This document shows positions 39,972-51,959 of a DNA stretch of 64,000 nucleotides, in pieces; the stretch's first letter is position 1; each line of letters begins with the position of its first letter. The translations under genes were made by a program, and so were the position numbers. The DNA is taken from positions 256,432,001-256,496,000 of the forward strand of contig NC_088792.1 of assembly GCF_011386835.1 (NCBI RefSeq), written 5' to 3'. Source of the stretch: Chrysemys picta bellii. Lineage: Eukaryota. The notes under the pieces are model-generated. The model was not told the DNA's origin, did no database searches, and worked only from the letters and a program-made list of their open reading frames with translations.

Positions 39972-40194
39972 AAAAAGAAGAACAGGAGGACTTGTGGCAC
40001 CTTAGAGACTAACAAATTTATTAGAGCATAAGCTTTCGTGGACTACAGCCCACTTCTGATATGCATCCGAAGAAGTGGGCTGTAGTCCACGAAAGCTTAT
40101 GCTCTAATAAATTTGTTAGTCTCTAAGGTGCCACAAGTCCTCCTGTTCTTCTTTTTGCGGATACAGACTAACACGGCTGCTACTCTGAAACCTT
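39972..40194 (+). mobile_element. PLE end with fold-back: perfect 86-bp inverted repeat, 36-nt tail, 12-bp TSD
   Basis: Arms 39972-40057 and 40071-40156 are exact reverse complements; tail gcggatacagactaacacggctgctactctgaaacc; tttgacaacagt at 39960-39971 and 40198-40209; CCGAAGA hammerhead motif at 40063-40102. Confidence 0.92.
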
Positions 40195-40429
40195 TCATTT
40201 GACAACAGTGAAGATACCAATGCTGTTGGTCTTTTTTTTAGATAAATTAACTATCATCCCTAGTTCTACAATATACACTACAGAACTGGTGCTGTTCATC
40301 CCCTCTATATGAGCTATCATTATTTCTAAGCTGTTATCTGATTACTTTCTTGCCATACCCATGGGAGGAAATGAAAAATATCTGAATCTCTAAATTTACC
40401 TTATACAGTCGAAATCAAACAGTGAAGTA

Positions 40430-40900
40430 AGCATGCACTAGGAAGCAAGGAAGTCCTGATTGCCAATCCTAGCTCTCAACAGTAGAATTGGGCTAGTGAA
40501 AATAGCCCACTTCCACTTTAATTAAATTGTCTCATTAGCACTGACCCCCCCACCTTGGTAAGGCAACTCCCATCTTTTCATGTACTGTATATATTTACCT
40601 GCCTACTGTTTTTTTTTCCACTCCATGCATCTGATGAAGTGGGTTTTAGCCCACGAAAGCTTATGCCCAAGTAAATTTGCTAGTCTCTAAGGTGCCACAA
40701 GTACTCGTCGTTTTTTGCTGATACAGACTAACACAGCTACCACGCTGAAACCAATCCTAACTCTGTCACTTGGCTTGACCTTGGACAAATTATTAAATGT
40801 TTGTGTCTTCTGTGAAAATGGGAATAATTATTTACCTCACAGGGTGTTGTGAGAATTAATAAATTATTTTTGTAGAGTACTTTGAAGATATAAAACACTA
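40430..40900 (+). mobile_element. MIR-like core SINE split by the PLE insertion
   Basis: ccaatccta(g/a)ctctgtcact..gaccttggacaaatt..ctgtgaaaatgggaataattatttacctcacagggtgttgtgagaattaat is the CORE-SINE pattern. Confidence 0.7.
40491..40750 (+). mobile_element. PLE 3' pseudo-LTR with tail and CUGAUGA hammerhead motif (40627-40666)
   Basis: Near-identical to 12283-12486 plus tail gatacagactaacacagctaccacgctgaaa; 13/14-bp duplication ccaatccta(g/a)ctct at 40463-40476 and 40751-40764. Confidence 0.9.
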
Positions 40901-41042
40901 TTTAATTAACAAGTATTTTTATGCTGAAGGTTGGGTGGCTCCCAAGGAGCATCTTTGATCTATGTGCACTCACAAATCTCTCTGAAGCTGGTGGAGGTGA
41001 TAGCCATTCAAGCTAAATGGGAGAACAGTTTTGAGTGCCCCT

Positions 41043-41495
41043 TTGTTTAGTGATAGCTGAAACAGTAAAAGTCACTGCCCAAATAACAGACCAGCGTGGC
41101 AAGGCTGGCGTAGGAACAGAGACATGTTGTTTTTAGTGTGGACTGAATGGAAAAGTAGGGGCTTGGTATCGTTTGGCAGGGGTGTGTATGTGAGTGTGTA
41201 ACAGAAGCAGCCAGAAAAGCAAGTAGCAAGACAGGAAAAAATATGTGAATCAACTTGTAGTGTGGCCCCGAGAGAAAGCGAAGAGAGCTTTTGGGGCAGA
41301 GTACTGGCTGGAAAGAGGCTTAAATTGTGAGCAAATTGATTCCTACTGTGTTCTGGGAAACAGGATTTTGTGTTCATTCTTTGTACATAAACAGGATTGC
41401 ATCAAAGATGTACTTGATTCTATCATCAATTTCTCCTAATGAAAACAACCTGCAAGGCCCTGAATATTGGCTATTCAGGCTAAAAATGGGTAACA
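41043..41495 (+). mobile_element. Probable solo LTR
   Basis: Ends ..cataaacaggattgcatcaaaga..atcatcaatttctcct..gcaaggccc..gggtaaca, resembling a common turtle LTR 3' end (ACA terminus). Confidence 0.45.
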
Positions 41496-42044
41496 GTATT
41501 TATTGGGTTCAAAACTATAGTTCTTACTCAAAACTAGAACTGGCCAAAAGACACAACCAATTTATTGCAAAATATTTATGACATTTCTTTACCATTTTCC
41601 TTGAGTTTCATTGAAACTATCATGCTAGCCATAGAGTTGGTCAGAAAACAGATTTTTCAAATATTTTGCTATTTTTTTCTAGTTTTTGTTAATTTTATCT
41701 GTGTAGTAAGGACTGAAGCATCTAGCCTATTGATATTATTATATGCAACTGGTTTAAACCCGTTTGTATAATGTGCAAATACTACTTCATATTGGCTCAA
41801 TATTTGTAGATCTGCTAACCACTCATTTAAATTGTGCTGTCTTCTGGCCAGCTCATATTGCTGTCTCCTTACATGTATGGATTTCCCATGATATATGGGG
41901 ATTTCTGTACATGTAGGAACAGCAGAACATCAGTTAAAAGCTTCTGATTTTCTGAGAATAGAATCATATTAATACATAATTTGTACCAATACTTTGCATT
42001 TGTATACTGTCTTTTATTGGATGACCAAAAAGCACTTTTCATAG

Positions 42045-42135
42045 GTAGGTACGTTTTCTTAACCCCATTTTACAGGTGGAGAAACTGAGGCACAAAGAGG
42101 TTAAATCAACTTGCCTAAGGTCAATAGAGCTCTGC
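42045..42135 (-). mobile_element. MIR-like core SINE fragment
   Basis: ccccattttacaggtggagaaactgaggcacaaagaggttaa..acttgcctaaggtca is the reverse CORE motif. Confidence 0.8.
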
Positions 42136-42229
42136 TGTACCTGATATTGGCAAGAGAAATTCACCAGACAGAGTTTAAATATGCTTCTTTCCATACCCAC
42201 CTGCAAAAAACAATCCCCCAAATGTTATG

Positions 42230-42530
42230 ATGGTCTTTCCACCATGTGCACATCCTTTCCCAACAGTCGTCATAACGGAATCCTCTCTGGTAGGATAGGG
42301 AGCACATCTAGATGTTCATGCAGCCCAGGGTAAGTGGACATCACAAGAGACCACACTATGCATCAATCTCCTACAACTCAGGCCAGTCAGATACGCCTGT
42401 CCCCAGTTTTTACCAATAATCAGGGGCAAACATATAAAAGTAATGATGGACAACATGTCATGTATGTTTTATATCAATCAGCAAGGAGGAGCAAGATTCC
42501 CCTCCCCCCCCCCACCTCCCTCTGCACCAA
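42230..42530 (+). mobile_element. DIRS RNase H fragment
   Basis: GAHLDVHAAQGKW..INLLQL..IKVMMDNMSCMFYINQQGGAR, homologous to 20640-20850. Confidence 0.8.
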
Positions 42531-42534
42531 GACT

Positions 42535-43270
42535 ATCAAGTCTACATACACTATGTCCACTGGATCACCCTTGTCCACATGTTTGTTGACCCACTCAAAG
42601 AATTCTAATTGATTGGATAGGTATGATTTCCCTTTCCAAAAGCTGTGTTGACTCTTCCCCAACAAATCATGTTCATTTATGTGTCTGATAATTCTGTGGT
42701 TGAAACTATAGTAAAGAAATGTTGCCTGTTACTGAAGTTAGGCTTACCTGCCTGTAATTGTCAGGATCACCTCTGGAGCCTTTTTTTTTTTAATTGGTGT
42801 CACATTAGCTATCCTCCAGCCTTCTGGTACAGAAGCTTATTTAAATGATAGGTTACATACCACAATCAGTAGTTCTTCAATTTCATATTTGAGTTCCTTC
42901 AGAACTCTTGGGTGAATACCCATCTGGTCCTGGAGACTTATTACTGTTTATCAATTTGTTCCAAAGCCTCCTGTATTGACACATCAGTCTGGGACATTCC
43001 TCAGATTTGTCACCTAAAAATAATGGCTCATGTGTGGGAATCTCTCACCTCCCTCTGCAGTGAAGACTTATGCAAAGAATTTATTTAGCAATGGCCTTAT
43101 CTTCCTTGAGTGCTCCTTTTAAGCACCTTCTAATGTACTTAATTTTTTTTTGCTATTAATTTTTGGGTCTTTGGCTAGTTGCTCTTCAAATTCTTTTTTG
43201 GTCTGCCTAATTATACTTTTACATTTGACTTGTCAGAGTTTATGCTCCCTTCTATTTTTCTCAGTATGGG
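42535..43270 (-). mobile_element. CR1 ORF2 internal fragment
   Basis: MLGKSQHSFWKGKSYLSNQLEFFEWVNKHVDKGDPVDIVY; homologous to 27900-28680. Confidence 0.9.
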
Positions 43271-44054
43271 ATTGGTTTGGGGAATGTGTGTTTGGGGAAA
43301 TTGATGGATTTGTTTTTTGAAGATGAGTGTGTTTTTGAAATATGTAAACAATTGGTTTTGTTGGTGGAAAGTTGTAGATTTCTTTTGGTGAGGAGCTTGT
43401 GGATTTGTTGTGGCATTGGGGACCCACTTTCAAGCATTACTTGAGAACCTATCTGAAAAACCTTACTCCAATGACTGTAAAAGAATGGCCTTGATTCTAG
43501 AAGTCTTTGAGTTGTGCATGATGGAGCCCTAGTTTTTGTTTATCTGTTTAAACAAGTTTGAGTCATGGCTATGCAAATAGGCTTAAGCACTGGCATTGTC
43601 CTGCACATTGAGCATCAATAAGTCTAAAGCTGCATATTTGTCTGCTCCCTTACTCAAGAGTACAGCATAAAAAACAAGTGGAGAGAATAAAATTGTCTGA
43701 AGATATACAGGTTTAAATGCGATGCTCATCAGGCTAATGAGGAGCTTAATGAATCACTCCCCTCTTGGATTTTACTCCTGCTGCTAGATGAGAATGAACT
43801 GGCCTAGCAATTTTTCTAGATTGTAGGCTCTTTAGGTCAGGGACCCTGTCTCTCTCTGTGTTCTCTGAAGTGTCTACCCACCCTGGGCTCTAGTTGTATC
43901 ACACTCCGAGAGACTGCTGAGCTGGAATTGATATGCAAACTAGATACAATCAACTCAGGATTGAATAAGGACTGGGAATGGCTGAGCCATTACAAACATT
44001 GAATCTATCTCCCCTTGTAAGTATTCTCACACTTCTTATCAAACTGTCTGTACT

Positions 44055-44285
44055 GGGCTATATTGATTATCACTTCAAAAGTTTTTTTCTCCTACTTAAT
44101 TGGCCTCTCAGAGTTGGTAAGACAACTCCCACCTGTTCATGCTCTCTGTATGTATGTATATATATCTCCTCAATATATGTTCCACTCTATATGCATCCGA
44201 AGAAGTGGGCTGTAGTCCACGAAAGCTTATGCTCTAATAAATGTGTTAGTCTCTAAGGTGCCACAAGTACTCCTGTTCTTTTTAC
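44055..44285 (+). mobile_element. PLE 3' pseudo-LTR without tail, CCGAAGA hammerhead motif at 44193-44232
   Basis: gcatccgaagaagtgggctgtagtccacgaaagcttatgc is identical to 40063-40102 and is followed by the gttagtctctaaggtgccacaag end. Confidence 0.88.
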
Positions 44286-44563
44286 TGCATATGAGATTTT
44301 CGGAAGGAAAGGTGGGGTAGAGGGAGTAAAATAGACCAGATGTAAGGTCCCACTAAGGTCACATTGCACTCTTGGAGTGGAGCAAAAGTACCTTAAAGTT
44401 GTCCTATGGGGACAGCAGAGGATTCCTCCAAGATGGGGCCACCTTGTGGGAAAGATATATTTGATGGTGTGGTGAGGCTGACTGGGCACAAGAAGGTGGT
44501 ACTCTATGGTAGGGAGACAGTGTGACAGACTGGAGGGGGAAGATTAGAGAACAATTGGGGAGG

Positions 44564-44756
44564 AGGAGAGAGAGCTCAGTGGTTTGAGCATTGGCCTGTT
44601 AAACCCAGGGTTGTGAGCTCAATCCTTGAGGGCCATTTAGGGATCTGGGGCAAAACAAACAAACTTGGTCCTACTAGTGAAGGCAGAGGACTGGACTAGA
44701 CTCAATGATCTTTCAAGGTCCCTTCCAGTTCTAAGATAGGTATATCTCCATATATT
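44564..44756 (+). mobile_element. tRNA-derived SINE with CR1-like 3' tail (tortoise Pol III/SINE type)
   Basis: A box agctcagtgg (44573-82), B box gagctcaatcc (44615-25), tail gatctttcaaggtcccttccagttct shared with CR1 3' ends. Confidence 0.85.
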
Positions 44757-45278
44757 ACAACAATTTGCTCTTCCAACCTCTGGGTAGCAGAAGAGTCCCG
44801 AGGATATTTACTGTTCTTACTGTAGTAAATTAGAGCAGCCCCATGGCTTCTCTAGCTTGTGCTGAAGGTTGTTTTGGGCCCCTACCTTTCTTGCTGGGGC
44901 AAGATTGCAGATTTAAAGGCACCCTTGTTTCTCCTCATTAGCTCAGTGCAGCTAATGAGTTAAAATTAAACATAGTTTAAACATTTGTTGGAATAAATGA
45001 AGTTTCAATTTTTTTCAAAAGAAAGAGTTTGGACCATAAATTCATTCCCTCAAAATACTAGGTTAGTTATGTTAATTCTTTAAATAATGCCTCCATTATT
45101 TAATATTATGGAGCAATGTTATCTTCACCTAAGGGTTTTTTATTCTAAATATATTTGCAGTTATGTTTTGATTTAGTGAGTGTAATCTCTGGTAAATTTC
45201 ATGTTATATCTGGGACAGATTGTATAGCTAATCTCAGTGTCTTGGAATTGAGTTCTGTATCTGACTGTTTAAAAGTTT

Positions 45279-45430
45279 AGAGAAACAAGGTGGGTGAGGT
45301 AATATCTTTTATTGGACCTATTGCTGGTGAAAGAGACAAGCATTCCAGGTGCACAGAGTTTTTCTTCAGGTCTGGGAAAGAAGCTCAGAGTGTCACAGCT
45401 AAATACAAGGTGGAACAGATTGTTTAGCAA
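45279..45430 (-). mobile_element. Second PLE family 3' end, degenerate hammerhead
   Basis: Reverse complement shares ccaataaaagatatt..ccaccttgt.tctc with 58100-58210; AGAC-CUGAAGA...GUCU helix I retained at 45334-45373. Confidence 0.6.
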
Positions 45431-45927
45431 GTTTGTATAACTTCAGTATAAACCAGTTATATCCCACGCCTTGCCATTGACTTCAATGGAAGCAGGATTG
45501 GAAACAGCATTTTCTGTGCAATTTGAAAATGAAAGAAATCAGAAAACTAGGAAGAGAACTTCAAAACAATTACTCAGATTGCAGCTGAGGTCCCCTTCTT
45601 AGCATTCAGATGGTATAAAGTATTCAGGGTTTGGAGCTGAGGAGGAACTGGAAGATTCTAGACACAGATAGACTGAGACTACAAGAAGTCTAAAGGATCT
45701 GGCAAAAAGGTGGGGACTGGAAAATATATTGCTTTGTGTCCTGTTTTGGCAATGGGTGACTAATAATTTATCCTTTCCTAAAATTCAGGCACTGGAATTG
45801 GAACTGCAGGTGTGTCACAAGGATAGACAACTCTTTTTATTTTCTAACTAGGGGAGTTTATTTTACAGGTACCAGACATTTTAAATTCAAAGGTCAATTG
45901 ATTATAAATAACTTGATCTGAGACTTT

Positions 45928-46223
45928 GGCCTGGTCCCCACTTAGTCCGGACTTCGGACTAAGGTACGCAAATTCAGCTACGTTAATAACGTAGCTGAAT
46001 TCGAAGTACCTTAGTCCGGATTTACCGCGGTCCAGACGCGGCAGGAAGTCTCCCCCCGTCGACGCCGCGTACTCCTCTCGGCGAGCTGGAGTACCGGCGC
46101 CGACTGTGAGCACTTCCGGGATCGATCCGGGATCGATTTATCGCGTCTTAACCAGACGCGATAAATCGATCACAGAACATCGATGGCGTGCCGCCGGACC
46201 AGCCGGTAAGTGAAGACTAGGCC
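45928..46223. mobile_element. Harbinger/PIF-like MITE, CpG-rich, with internal palindromes
   Basis: TIRs ggcctggtccccactta / taagtgaagactaggcc; 3-bp duplication TTT; perfect 15-bp (45971-46001) and 18-bp (46131-46171) inverted repeats. Confidence 0.8.
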
Positions 46224-46397
46224 TTTGTAACTGCAACTGATTGCTCTTAATCTCAACTTGTTTTCAGACATACAAATTCAAGATATTGCATTCTCTAAAT
46301 AGACATTAGCTCTTAATTAACAAAGGATATATTGCCAGATATTAAATACTAAAAGTAATACAAATAGATTACAGCTCCATACCCTGATGTATTATGC

Positions 46398-46870
46398 CAT
46401 AGAAGTCAGAGATAGAACAAGCTATTTAGATCATCTACTCCATCACTATACAAATGCAGGAACATTCCCTAAAATATATTCTCTGGTGTTTTGTCCAGTC
46501 TAGTTTCAAAAGCCCCAAGTGAAGGGGCTTCTTTTACTTTCATTCGGAGACTGTTCTACAACCTAATACATAAAATACTATCAGGAAAGATTTTCCTGAT
46601 GACCACCCTGAATTTTCTTTTTCTTTCATCTCATTACACGTGGTTATATATAAGTGTACTACACTAAATGCTTGTTCCCAATTCTTGGCATGGACATCTA
46701 TCACATATCTGTAGACTCTTACCATGTTCCCTTCTAGTCATCTCTTAGTAAGAGGATACATATTTAGCACTTATAATCCTTACTCATAAGTCATTTTCTC
46801 AAGCTACCTGAGCATTTTTGTTTTGTTTACTGATCTCTCTCCAGTTGTCTGGATATTTCTGATAATGTAG
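46398..46870 (-). mobile_element. Old CR1 3' fragment
   Basis: atagaagtcagagat..gatcatcta.tcca..gtccagtctagtttcaaa..ccaagtgaaggggcttc..ggagactgttc.aca.cctaata parallels the CR1 3' end at 55569-55800. Confidence 0.65.
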
Positions 46871-47652
46871 GGCTAAGGACTTCAATAGGAATTAAATAGA
46901 AAGGGCACAAGAAAGAGGAAACAGGGTATCCTTAATAAGTATAATGTGAATTTGAAAGGTAAGAGAGAGAGAGAACCATTTACAGTAAATGACTCTGTAG
47001 GCTTGAAATATTCAGTAGCAAGTAAGAGGAGGAATATCCACGAGCATCCACATTTTTCTAGCATTCCAAATAATCAAAAGCTTTGTTTACATGGAGGGAT
47101 TCTGTGACAATAGATATTTCTGTATACTGAGGAACCCCCCACAAAGGATGCCACATGTTGTCAGTCAGTTATCTGTTCTGGACTAGTAGCAGTTTCATCT
47201 AAATATTGGCTTACATCCTTTTTATGCAGTAATTGTGTAGGGAAAGAGGCTGGGATGGGTGAAACAATCAAAAGTGCTCAGTGTTGGCCTATCAGTGCTC
47301 CCACTGAAGTAAATTATAAAACAACCATTGACTTCAAGGGGAGTAAAGTTAAGCCTACACTGAGCACTTCCCATGTTTGGAACAGTTTGATAGCTACTCT
47401 GCCATCTTTGTACTATATATATTTTAAAACCTTTTGTATCTTTAACAGGTGTAAATCCAAATTTGATTCAGTAGAACAGTTTGTACAAAATAAGGGCCCA
47501 CTCCTTCAAACACTTACCAAGCATAGAGCCAATCTCAATTCAAGTCTAGGAGTTTTTCCATTGACTTCAGTGGGCACTGATAATGCCCACTGAAGTCATA
47601 ATGCCTAATGCCACGAGCAGTCCCATAGTCTTAATGTCTCCTTCTGAAATAT

Positions 47653-48865
47653 TAGGGTTACCATATTTCAGCGAGCAAAAAAGAGGACGGGAGGAGCCCC
47701 GCCCTAGCCCCGCCCCTGCCCCTCCCACTTCCCGCCCCCCCTGACCTCCCAACCCTCCCCCCGTTCCTTGTCCCCTGACTACCCCCTCCTGGGACCCCTG
47801 CCCCTAACTGCCCCCCAGGACTATCTAAGCCTCCCTGCCTCTTGTCCCCTGACTGCCCCAACCTTTATCCACACCCCCACCCCCAGACAGACCCCTGGGA
47901 CTCCCACGCCCCATCCAACCACTCCCCACCCCCTGACAGCCCCCCCCCCAGAACTCCCAACCCATCTAAACCCCTCTGCTCCCTGTCCCCTGACTGCTCC
48001 GATCCCTCTCCGCACTCCTGCCCCCTGACAGCCCCCCCCAGAACTCCCAACCCATCTAAACCCCTCTGCTCCCTGTCCCCTGACTGCTCCGATCCCTCTC
48101 CCCACTCCTGCCCCCTGACAGCTCCCCCCCAGAACTCCCAGCCCCCTACCCCCCCCGCTCCTTGTCCCCTGACTGCCCCCTCCTGGGACCCCTGCTCCTA
48201 ACTGCCCTCCAGAACCCCACCCCCTACCTAAGACTCCCTGTTCCTTGTCCCCTAACTGCCCCCTCCTAAGACCCCCCTCAACTGCCCACCAGGACCCTAC
48301 CCCCTACCTGTACCCTGACTGCCCAAAACTTTCTCCACTCCCCCCAAAAAGCCCCCCCCCGTTTCTTGACTGCCCCCTCCAGAACCTCCCTGCCCCTTCT
48401 CCTGCCCCCCTTACCCTGCTGCTCAGAACAGGGTGTTGGGCTCTGTGCGAGCCGGACACGTGGCTAAGCTCCCCAGCACAACAAAACCCAGTCCCTGGCC
48501 CTGCACAACAAAACCCGGTCCCTGGTCCGGACCGGGTTGCAGGGGAGAGCTGCCCTTGTATCAGCACAAAGTGCTCTCGCTCCCGTTTTGCTACGCTGCA
48601 TGGCAGAAACCGCTCCCAGTTGCAAAAGGGGAGGGCTGCACTTTGTGCTGAGACACTTGCTCAGAATGCAGGGCGGAGCTCCTCTCCAGCTGCTCCGGAG
48701 TCCAGCCCGGGACTTTCCTGCAGCCCTCCCAGCCGCTCGCTCTGCTGTGCCGGGGGAGGGGGGAAATCCCGGACATTGTGAGTGCTTTACAAATTCCCCC
48801 CGGACGCTATTTTTAGCACAAAAAGGAGGACATGTCCGGGTAAATCCGGACGAATGGTAACCCTA
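47653..48865. mobile_element. hAT (Blackjack-like) non-autonomous element with C-rich internal minisatellite
   Basis: TIRs TAGGGTTACCAT / ATGGTAACCCTA; GAAATAT on both sides. Confidence 0.85.
47935..48140. repeat. ~90-bp tandem repeat, about 2.3 units
   Basis: Units gacagccccc..agaactcccaacccatctaaacccctctgctccctgtcccctgactgctccgatcc.. start at 47935, 48027 and 48117. Confidence 0.9.
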
Positions 48866-50957
48866 GAAATATGGACTATAATGGGCTAAATTCTTCTGTG
48901 ATAGAAGCAGTGCTGTAGGCCAAAGTTGAATGTGAGTTAGTCAGAAAACTAAGTCAGTCTGTTGAATTTCATATTCCACCTCCAATCTTTTTGAGGGATC
49001 TATGATGCTGTTAAACATTCACATTCCTTCCGAGTCTTAACCACTTCCTGTTTTTAGTGTTTATCTGAAAATGTAATGATCTCATGTGTTATACTTAGAT
49101 TAGCAATCTGGGGTAGATATAACCCTATCTATGAATAATTTAATAAGAATTTTAACATCACTGTTGACCAAAGATCTTGGGCAAAAGTGGAATATATTTA
49201 GAATGATTACCTTTATTGAGAAATATTTCAGTAGTCAGAATATCACCAATATTTGCTACTTTGTGGAACATTGTCAACAACACAGGGCATGGTGGAATGT
49301 TATGGTAGGCATAACCTTTATAAGATAAAACAGAAGAAAGGTAGATATTGTTAGAGTCAAATGCAGAGGGGACAGATTCTGAGGTGGTCCTTAGAGCCAG
49401 AGGTCTTTCTAAGAGTGGAGAGGTGTGAGTATGTAGGAAAGACAAGTGATCCAAGCCCCAGGCATGTGCAGTCTGAGGGCCCCAAAATACATCAGAGCAA
49501 TATGAAAGTATAGAAGATGAGAAGGTAGATATGAGAGAAACCGCTTGAAAAGCATCAAGGACCTAAACCACATATTCTGCCATCATCAAAAGAGCTCCCC
49601 AGAGATACTGTAGCATTTCATATAGTTCTCATCTAAGAAGAGACCTGCAATGGATTAGGGTTCCCAATGGCAAAGAGGCAAAGCAATAAAAGTGGAGGGA
49701 TACTATTAAGAGTTTAGTTGTGATAATGTGCCAATTGACATTAGAATGTGACACTAATTCCTGGAAAATAATTTAGAGATACTTATCAAGTAAGGGAGTT
49801 TTTAGGTCTGCAGATTAAAATGGAGAAACTTTCAACAAGTGTGGAATAGTTGGGAGAATATGAGCAGGACCTTGCTAGGAATATATTATACAATATATTA
49901 TAAGTGTCTGATTTTTGGTTGTAAATGGCCTTAAATTATTGTGGTGGAAACTGATGTTATTTGGAGAGTACCTGTTTGGGCACATAACTCAGGTAGTTAG
50001 GTACTACATGGCACAATTTTCACATGCAAAATTTGTGTCTGCGGTTATTTTCACCTATAAAATGAGGGTACCAAATAGGAAGGTGATCAGAAATCAGGCC
50101 CCAAAGGTCCAGTGAATAAACTTGCCAGTCTGTAGACACCTGAGTACTAAAATGTAACATTACACAATCAGAGCGTGTCCATGGCAACCAGGTCCAGGGT
50201 TTCCGAGATGATTCATTGGTTAGTGGCCAAAGAAGAGGAATATATCAAAATTGAGTTGGAGTCATGGAAACCACATGATATATTGTAGTAGCTGCAGCTG
50301 TAGAATTATAACAACATATAGTTGGTAATTTGAACAAAAATAATATATTGAACATCTACACAAATGGACAAAATGTCCTATAAAAACATGTTCGGAGTTG
50401 TAAGTACATTAGCTGAGGGATTGGCTCCAGGCAAGAGCAACAGGCCATTGGGCCCTCATTTTTGTGACCTGATTCTCTCAGTGAAAAAACCTTTTTCACC
50501 TCATCTGTATAAGTTTTTCCCACAGGGACCTGTAAAAGGGAAAGCTGGGCATGCATGAATGGACTTTACATATCTAATGTAATATCTAAACTTGTCAGTA
50601 TCTTAGAGATCATGTTTAAGTTTTTATACTGTATTTCAGTTTCATTATGTTTATCAATGTCATATATTCCTCATCACTTTAATCATGTAACTGCAAGTCT
50701 AGTCTTTTCCATTAAAACTACAGCTAGGGTACAGTTAACACTCATACAGAAATCAGTTGATATAGTGAAATAAATAGCATGTCCCAAACACTTCAGAAAG
50801 TAAGGTTCCCTGTAACTCAAGTCATCTTGACCAAATGGAGACTGAAGGAAAATGCAGCTTCAGTACATCAGAATGTCTTTCATTTATGACCTGTGGTAAA
50901 GGCATCATGGATCGGGACATAAGTACTAATGGATAAACAAATATGTATATATATTTT

Positions 50958-51959
50958 CAGGGCTATCCCTAGGCATATGCAGCATACGCGGCTACATAGG
51001 GCACCGGAAAATTTGGGGCACCATTCCTCTCAATGGCCATGTCTGGAATTCTCTTTTCTCCGGCCTCTCCCACCATGCTGAGCCAGCGGGCTTCTCCCCA
51101 ACCCAACCCCACCCCTTCCCTCACTTGCTCCTCAGCCAGCCAGCTCAGGGTTCCAGCCTCTGGCTCTGCAGCCCCAGCCCCGGAGAGCACAGAGCGGCAT
51201 GACCAGTCACTGACGGCGCAGTGGCCCGGCTCACCACCGCCCATAGTGGAGTCCCTCCCTGGACCATGCCTGCCTGCGCCGCGCAGTCTCAGGCTGGGAC
51301 CGGGCTGGGACGGGGCCAGGAGAAGCAAAACTTCCACGTGAGTGGGGGGGAGGGGGCAAGGAGTGAAGGGAGGGGAGGACTTAAAGTGACAGTGCGCTCA
51401 CTGTCTCTCACACTTCCCTAACACACTCTCTCTCTCACACACAGACTGGCTGTCACACCCACATACACTCTGCCTCTCTCGAGTCACAGTACTGCAATAC
51501 AGATAGTCACTCACACACGTGTACACACAGTTTCACACTCCCCAACACACATTCTGTCACACAGTCCCCCAACACAGTCTCTCTCTCTCACACACACACA
51601 CACGCACAAACACTTGTATTGTTGTTGTTATTACTGCTTGGTACTTCCTGTCAAAATGCTTGTGGTGAGCCAGGAGTGGTGAGGGGCTGCAGGAGGGCCG
51701 TGGGCTCTGGCAAGATGCAGCCTCCATGTGACAGCACAAAGCCTGCCTTGAGCCACTGCCGCAGCGTCTGCTGCGTAAGAAGCTCTGTGAGTGTCAGCAA
51801 TGGGGGAGGGTTTCTGGGGGTCCGCAGGCGGGGCTGGTGGTTGTGCCCCCTTGACACACTGGGGTCAGCGGTGCAGGCTGGGAACCGCCTTCAGTGGAGC
51901 ATAGGGGCACCAGTTTAATAATACTGCGTAGGGCCCCATAAATCCTAAGGACAGCCCTG
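50958..51959. mobile_element. hAT (Tip100-like) non-autonomous element
   Basis: TIRs CAGGGCTATCCCTAGG / CCTAAGGACAGCCCTG (14/16); TSD TATATTTT vs TATACTTT (7/8). Confidence 0.85.

Noticed and set aside
39972-40156. Repeat/palindrome that might suggest CRISPR or a pre-miRNA
   Set aside because: There is no repeat-spacer array, and both arms are PLE pseudo-LTR sequence with tail and TSD; no evidence for miRNA processing from sequence alone.
44564-44640. tRNA-like A and B boxes
   Set aside because: No complete cloverleaf, and it continues into a CR1-like tail, so it is a SINE and not a tRNA gene.
47567-48860. Pro/Gly-rich ORFs up to 178 aa
   Set aside because: They are translations of the C-rich minisatellite inside a hAT MITE.
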